Origin: a virus
Taxonomy: Duplodnaviria > Caudoviricetes
Length of the DNA stretch: 64,000 bases
Virus record (IMG/VR): IMGVR_UViG_3300037067_007264
Location: 81,488-145,487 of that record
Strand: one strand, 5' to 3'
The position numbers and the translations under genes are program-made. Below, piece after piece: positions 63,219-64,000 of the stretch; within the stretch, counting starts at the first letter, position 1, and every line of letters starts with the position of its first letter. The notes beneath the pieces were generated by a model. That model was given only the letters and a program-made list of their open reading frames with translations, was not told the DNA's origin and ran no database searches.

Positions 63219-63539
63219 TCAAGTACACCGGAAAGATAGCTCAGCTCGTCGCTTACTGAGGAATACCTCCATTGCCTCGTGAAATTGGTCTGGGCGGTAA
63301 TCGCATTTTCGTGTAATTGCAGTAAAACAATTTGGTGCCTCTCCAGGGCTGGGCTCCCAATAGAACTGACCCGTGATACGCTCCTGATCTTGAGTAAACT
63401 TTACCAGGGATCGATCATAGGGCTCGTTGTACTCCAGGTATTCCTTCTTTGGAGGCACGGGAGCCGCCTTCAGAAGATTGAAGGGTACTAACGAGAGTAG
63501 AGCGAGTCCGGCTGCCTGAAGGAGGTTTCTACGATTCAT
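63219..63539 (-). CDS. Small protein with a twin-arginine (Tat)-like signal peptide
   Basis: Start reassigned to ATG 63539 (GGTGTA 10 nt upstream); MNRRNLLQAAGLALLSLVPFNLLKAA. Confidence 0.6.
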   Translation of the reverse strand: MNRRNLLQAAGLALLSLVPFNLLKAAPVPPKKEYLEYNEPYDRSLVKFTQDQERITGQFYWEPSPGEAPNCFTAITRKCDYRPDQFHEAMEVFLSKRRAELSFRCT

Positions 63540-64000
63540 ACCCTTCAGATACACCGGAACCTCACCAATACTGGATAGTGGGATCACGATGCACGAACCT
63601 GACCCTCGGAACGGGTCTCTCCGCCTCAGCCCTCTCAGCCATACGATTCGTGTGGTTGCAAGGCTGAGCCACGCACTCGATGCTTCCGCAACAGCAGAAG
63701 CCATCATGCCGGATCACTGGGTTCGGTTTGCCCTCACGGCGGGCTCGACTCTGAACCACTGACTCTTCCCACCGGATGTGCCTCATCCGGCTATGCGGTA
63801 TGAAGGCCTTGCCCCAATGGTCTGAAATGTGCCTGCGTTTACGTTCAAAGTCCATGGTTATTGGGTCTTTCTATCTGGAATAGCCGCGTTCTTCCACTCA
63901 TCAGGAAGAGCCCCTCCCGCTCTCAACCAACGGTCAAGGTGGGTAAAGTTCGTGTATAGCCCATCCAATATATCCTCAGCTTCGTTAGTCGGAGGGTATG

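Overview
The window looks like an accessory arm of a large (jumbo-type) bacteriophage genome. It is densely packed with short, mostly orphan ORFs, and no rRNA, canonical tRNA, integrase or core replication/capsid genes were seen. A full-length bL12 and a GNAT resembling myxobacterial proteins hint at a Myxococcota/deltaproteobacterial host (inference). The main finding is at the right end (56328-62650, minus strand): a compact type V CRISPR locus with no cas1/cas2/cas4 or tns genes in the window. It has four parts. (i) A 584-aa Cas12f/TnpB-like effector with all three RuvC catalytic positions substituted, so predicted nuclease-dead. (ii) A closely linked 220-aa accessory gene with a C-terminal coiled coil. 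(iii) A 48-repeat/47-spacer array with a 36-bp repeat. (iv) A candidate split-anti-repeat tracrRNA in the 5' leader of the effector gene, followed by a repeat mimic directly before the effector's RBS. One spacer contains this phage's own promoter-plus-ATG signature, suggesting RNA-guided silencing of related phages. Other patterns: two phage promoter classes that place the start codon about 8-13 nt downstream with little room for an RBS (TGAGAT-N14-CGTA, 17 copies; GGTGTA, about 20 copies); short peptide tags shared by many unrelated proteins (C-terminal TRF[ED]RI, N-terminal IE[SE]xW...RP); and several structured ncRNA candidates. Recognisable genes include two GNATs, CYTH, DUF4326, a P22 gp17-like protein, a radical SAM enzyme, an M50 site-2 protease, bL12 and an alpha/beta-hydrolase-propeller. 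All annotations come from reading motifs by eye; no database search was run.
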